Positions 60,240-64,000 of a stretch of DNA of 64,000 bases are shown here, piece after piece. Position 1 is the first letter of the stretch; each line of letters starts with the position of its first letter. The stretch is taken from contig CBDBDQ010000005.1 in the NCBI GenBank assembly GCA_965203905.1, positions 5,472,001-5,536,000 of the forward strand, written 5' to 3'. Below the pieces are notes generated by a model. The model worked only from the letters and a program-made list of their open reading frames with translations, searched no databases and was not told where the DNA came from. A program made the translations under genes and the position numbers. The stretch is from Spirochaetia bacterium (GTDB lineage Bacteria > Spirochaetota > Spirochaetia > SZUA-6 > Bin103).

Positions 60240-61670
60240 GTGGCGCTGCTGAGTGTGCTGGCGGTCGCGCTCTCGGCGTGGTCCGCAGCGGCGCAGGCTT
60301 CCGACCGCGCCGTGGAGTTGGAGGTGCCCGCGCTCACCGTGACTGCGGAGGATCCGCTGACGCTGCTGCCACCCCTGGGACCGGCACCGGATGATTCCCC
60401 GATCCCGCTGCCGGCGCCCGACGCCACGCGGGCCCGGCACCGCGAGTCACCGCCGGCGCCTCCGTCCGGAAGCGGCGCCGTGCCGTTACCGGCGGTCGCA
60501 CTGCAGTCCGCGCGGGCCCCGGACGCGCTGCCCCGGAGCAGCGACCTTGCAGGGCGTGTGGTACTCCTGGACGTGGCCGGTTTGCGAGCATTGCACGCCG
60601 CCTTGCTGCTGGCGACCGGGGCTGCGGACCGGGAGGAGGCGTTGGCACTTGCGGCAACCACGCCACTGCTGGGAGAGGGTGCGACCCGAGTCGCGGCGCA
60701 CGCCGCGATGAATGCCGGCGGCTGGCGGATCGGACTGGATCTTGCCCTGGCCGGGGCGGCCAGCGCCCGGCTTGGCCAGGGGCGGCTGGCGGCGGACGGC
60801 CCGGTTGCCGCCACGGTTACGTACGCAAGCTGGCGTACCGGGTCCCGCGCCGCGCTGGAGGCGCTGCTGGGCCTTGAGCTACTGCCACTGCCACCGGCGT
60901 TGGAGGTGGCAATTGGCGCCGCGGTCGCCATTGATGCCGGCGCCGTGTCCGTGTTCCCGGCCGGCCGCGTGACCTTTGCTCCGGCCGCGGAGTGGAGCAT
61001 CGAGGCCGGCATACGTCCCGTTGTCGGGTTCCCGGCGTGGCTGATTGATCCCGCGGCAAGGGTGACGGACCATCTCGAGGTGACGCCGGAGCGCGCGTGG
61101 ATGGCATGGCTGGGAGGCGGCTACGGGGATCTCGACCTGCGCCTCGGGGTGGCGCATGGCCTGATTCACCGATTCGACGGCGAATCGGTGGCCAGCATGG
61201 GCGCCGATGCCGTGTTGGCGCGGCTGATGCTGCAATGGGACACGGTGGCGCGCCGCGGCCCGCCCGCCGACATCAGGTTGCGGGTAGTCGCCGGTGCGAC
61301 CGTAGCATGGACCCCAGGAGTGGAGCCGCGGGCGGCTGAGGCCAGTTTCTGGTCGGCCGAAGTGGTGGGACGGCTGCTGCTGGAGGCGGACTGGCCGGTC
61401 CTGGCGACGCCTCCGGTCGCCGTGCTGGTGCGGGCCGGGCTCCTGCAGGCACCGGTGTTCGGAGTGGAGGAATGGTTGGCGGCCGGCCCGGCGTACCTCG
61501 GCCTGTCCGCGGCCGCGGGCCTGCGCTGGGCGCCGGCGCACGGTCATCAACTGAAGTTTCTCGCCGGAATACGCGGACCTTCCGAGCGCGACTTGACGGC
61601 GTTCGCAGGAATCGAGTACGCCCGCAGTGTGGTGCGTCTGGTGGCACCTCCGGTAACGGCTGCACGATGA
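60240..61670 (+). CDS. Secreted protein, Pro-rich N-terminus plus predicted beta-strand-rich body (possible outer-membrane protein)
   Basis: GGGGAG SD + GTG; signal peptide ending AQA; alternating hydrophobic strands; stop overlaps the exbB-like start. Confidence 0.6.
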   Translation: MALLSVLAVALSAWSAAAQASDRAVELEVPALTVTAEDPLTLLPPLGPAPDDSPIPLPAPDATRARHRESPPAPPSGSGAVPLPAVALQSARAPDALPRSSDLAGRVVLLDVAGLRALHAALLLATGAADREEALALAATTPLLGEGATRVAAHAAMNAGGWRIGLDLALAGAASARLGQGRLAADGPVAATVTYASWRTGSRAALEALLGLELLPLPPALEVAIGAAVAIDAGAVSVFPAGRVTFAPAAEWSIEAGIRPVVGFPAWLIDPAARVTDHLEVTPERAWMAWLGGGYGDLDLRLGVAHGLIHRFDGESVASMGADAVLARLMLQWDTVARRGPPADIRLRVVAGATVAWTPGVEPRAAEASFWSAEVVGRLLLEADWPVLATPPVAVLVRAGLLQAPVFGVEEWLAAGPAYLGLSAAAGLRWAPAHGHQLKFLAGIRGPSERDLTAFAGIEYARSVVRLVAPPVTAAR

Positions 61671-62281
61671 TGAGTCTGATTCTGCAGGGCGGGTTCCTGC
61701 TGGTGCCGATCGTGTTGCTCTCGCTGGCGGCCGTGTTTCTGATCTTCGAACGTTCGCTGTACTACTGGCAGCAGCGGGAGCGTGAACCGGATCTCACCGC
61801 CGCGGTGGTGGCACGCCTGGAGCAGACCTCGGTGCGCGCGCTGAGCGTCGATCTGGGTCGCAGCCGTTCACCCGAAGCGCGCGTGATCGCGGCCGCCCTC
61901 GGCAGTGGCAGGCAGCTTGCCCGGGCCGACCATCGGCGCCGTCTCGACTACGCGGTGTTGAAGGAAATCGCAGCGTTGGAGCGCCACGTTCCCTACCTGC
62001 AGAGCATCGCCAATATCGCCACGCTGCTCGGACTGCTGGGCACGGTGATCGGCATGATCGCGGCGTTCCTGAACATGCGCGCCTCCGGCAGTACCGATCT
62101 CACCGTCCTGTCGGGCGGCATCGCCCAGGCGCTGATCACTACCGCCGCCGGTCTCACGGTGGCGATACCGAGCACCCTGTTCCATCATCTGTTTGCCAAC
62201 CACGTCCAGCGTACCGTGGCCCGTCTCAACATCGCCGTGAGCGAGTTGAGCGCGTACTTTGCCGGCAGCGACAGGGTATAA
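61667..62281 (+). CDS. exbB: MotA/TolQ/ExbB proton channel protein
   Basis: ATLLGLLGTVIGMI, GGIAQALITTAAGL. Confidence 0.85.
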   Translation: MMSLILQGGFLLVPIVLLSLAAVFLIFERSLYYWQQREREPDLTAAVVARLEQTSVRALSVDLGRSRSPEARVIAAALGSGRQLARADHRRRLDYAVLKEIAALERHVPYLQSIANIATLLGLLGTVIGMIAAFLNMRASGSTDLTVLSGGIAQALITTAAGLTVAIPSTLFHHLFANHVQRTVARLNIAVSELSAYFAGSDRV

Positions 62282-62314
62282 TGTAAGTGCGCCGCGTATG
62301 GCGAGGAAAGGCCG

Positions 62315-62746
62315 GTGGATCAGCAGTACTACCGCAGTTCGTTGAGCACGGGAGCGTCGCTCCCCCTGACACCGCTCATCGATATGGTGTTCCTCATCGT
62401 CGTCTTCTTCATGGTCAACGCCACCTTCGCGGTGCATTCGGCCATTCCGGTGCAGTTGCCCCACGCGGACGGTGATGACGCGTCCGGCAGCCCGGCATTG
62501 ACCATCACCGTCGACGGCTCGGGCCAGATCTTCATCCAGAGCGGTGGCGAGGCGGTGGCCGTGACGCTCGACCGGCTGCCCTTCGTGTTGGCTGCGCTCC
62601 AGCCCGAGGGTTCGATCTCGCGCGCGGTGCTGCACGGCGACGCCGGCGCCCGGTACGGCCGCCTGGTAGCGGTCATGGACGTACTCCGCAGTGCCGGGGT
62701 CACCGATCTCAACCTGGTCACCGCGCGCCCCCCGGCAGCGCCATGA
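62315..62746 (+). CDS. exbD: ExbD/TolR biopolymer transport protein
   Basis: LTPLIDMVFLIVVFFM, GD..YG..VMDVLRSAG. Confidence 0.88.
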   Translation: MDQQYYRSSLSTGASLPLTPLIDMVFLIVVFFMVNATFAVHSAIPVQLPHADGDDASGSPALTITVDGSGQIFIQSGGEAVAVTLDRLPFVLAALQPEGSISRAVLHGDAGARYGRLVAVMDVLRSAGVTDLNLVTARPPAAP

Positions 62747-63465
62747 CCCTGGCGCGCGAGTCCCGGGCCCTCATAGCGAGCCTGGCGCTCCATCTGCTGC
62801 TGCTGTTGCTGCTGATCTCGATACGCCAGCCGGTCATGGAACCGCGCGCGCCCGTGCTGCGCCTCAAGCTTCCGGACCCGGGCAGCGATCGGGAGCTGTC
62901 GGGCGCCGCTACGGCGCAACGCGCGCCCGCACCGACGCCGGCGGCGGCGGGAGTCGGCCCAGGTGCGTCGGGGGCGATCGCCCCGCGGCCGCAACTCGTG
63001 ATGCCCACCGGTGATGGCGGTCCGCCGGCGCTGCAGGCTCCGGTGGTGGGACGTCCGGTGGTGGGGAGCGCCGGCCTGTTGCCGCAGCCCGCCGCGGCCC
63101 TGGCGGCTGCCGTGAGCGCCTACCGGGCCGGCGTCGCGCCGGCGCCGGTAGCGGTCAGTGACTCCGAGGCGCCTCCGCCGCTGCCCAGGGTCACCCGCTA
63201 CGGACTCCCGGCGCTCAGGCGCGGCATCGCCTTGCCCTATCCCGAGGAGTTGATCGCACGCGGAGTCGAGGCCGACGTGGTGCTGCGTCTGACGGTGGCC
63301 GAGGACGGCAGGGTGACCGGGGTAGAGGTGCTGCAGAGCTCCGGGCTCTCCACGGTCGACGCCGAGGTGCGGCAGGCTCTGCGCCAGTACCTGTTCGCGG
63401 CTTCCGCGGAGGGCCCGGTAGCAGGCACCGTTCAGGTCCGCTACCGTCTGGAGCGCGGTTTTTGA
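62743..63465 (+). CDS. tonB: TonB family energy transducer
   Basis: N-terminal TM SLALH, Pro/Ala linker, YPEELIARGVEADVVLRLTV..G.V..SSG TonB_C. Confidence 0.85.
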   Translation: MTLARESRALIASLALHLLLLLLLISIRQPVMEPRAPVLRLKLPDPGSDRELSGAATAQRAPAPTPAAAGVGPGASGAIAPRPQLVMPTGDGGPPALQAPVVGRPVVGSAGLLPQPAAALAAAVSAYRAGVAPAPVAVSDSEAPPPLPRVTRYGLPALRRGIALPYPEELIARGVEADVVLRLTVAEDGRVTGVEVLQSSGLSTVDAEVRQALRQYLFAASAEGPVAGTVQVRYRLERGF

Positions 63466-64000
63466 GTAACGGGCGACTGTTCCGGCGCAGCTCGCGCTGG
63501 CGGCCTTCGATGCTGGAGTTGGCGCTGCTGCTGCTGATCATCGGCGGCGCGGGGTGGGGCGTGCGCTCCCTCGGCGAAGTGGTGGAGAGCCATGTCGTCG
63601 CCAAGCGCGAGGAAGCGATCGGCGCGCTGTTCAAACTGTTGAACCGCAACGTCAGCTACCGTGACATCTCGCCATCCTTGCTGCGTGCCATAGAGATTCG
63701 CGACCTGACCGTCTACAGCAGCGACACTCCCGATCAACCGCTGATGACGATCCGCCGGCTGCGCCTGCGTTACAGCCTGACTCGGCTCCTCACCACTCTG
63801 GACCCGGTTGCTTCATTGCGCGAAGTGCAGCTTGTGGATTCCCGCCTTACCGTCGACCTCGAGCGGGACCAGGAGCTGGTTCAGGTGCTGCAGGCGATCG
63901 GGCTGGCGGTCGGCGGCACGGGCGACTCGCGGGCGGTCGAGGGTGTCATTATTCCGCCGGTGACGCTCGCGGGAGCCAATCTCGGCGTGACCCTGCAGGG
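63462..64000 (+). CDS. N-terminus of a large membrane-anchored protein, probably TamB/AsmA-like (runs off window)
   Basis: TTG overlapping the tonB stop opens MSNGRLFRRSSRWRPSMLELALLLLIIGG...VSYRDISPSLLRAIEIRDLTV...RLRYSL; not in the ORF track because it lacks a stop in the window. Confidence 0.55.
   Translation, partial: MSNGRLFRRSSRWRPSMLELALLLLIIGGAGWGVRSLGEVVESHVVAKREEAIGALFKLLNRNVSYRDISPSLLRAIEIRDLTVYSSDTPDQPLMTIRRLRLRYSLTRLLTTLDPVASLREVQLVDSRLTVDLERDQELVQVLQAIGLAVGGTGDSRAVEGVIIPPVTLAGANLGVTLQ

Overview
High-GC bacterial chromosomal window, most likely from a Spirochaetota genome. This is inferred from the smpB/lepB/hemN and yebC-ruvCAB-queA gene order and the spirochete-type signal peptides. 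The giant Calx-beta surface proteins suggest a host-associated, possibly sponge-type, lifestyle. Layout: (1) end of a peptide ABC operon, then a small accessory patch at 1.5-7.5 kb with a broken AlbA_2/HATPase_c_4/TPR gene, a low-GC membrane-anchored RadC-like JAB gene, a decayed copy next to an intact divergent GH13 gene, and an ATPase-nuclease; (2) a sugar ABC operon; (3) an 18.7-kb gene for a ~6,200-aa adhesin with about 45 Calx-beta-like modules in an A/B super-repeat and an autotransporter-like C-terminus; (4) lptAB without lptC; (5) a 1,700-aa putative lipoprotein with 11 Calx-beta modules, including ~4.6 near-identical 339-bp repeats, and a leishmanolysin-like (M8) protease head; (6) a sugar-acid catabolic cluster interrupted by an Rpn nuclease that carries a strong internal SD+GTG, a candidate nested antitoxin; (7) housekeeping genes (tmRNA, smpB, lepB, hemW, yebC, ruvCAB, queA, tmk) and a secreted protein-ExbB-ExbD-TonB-TamB-like operon running off the end. 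All family calls come from motif recognition by eye; no searches were run.
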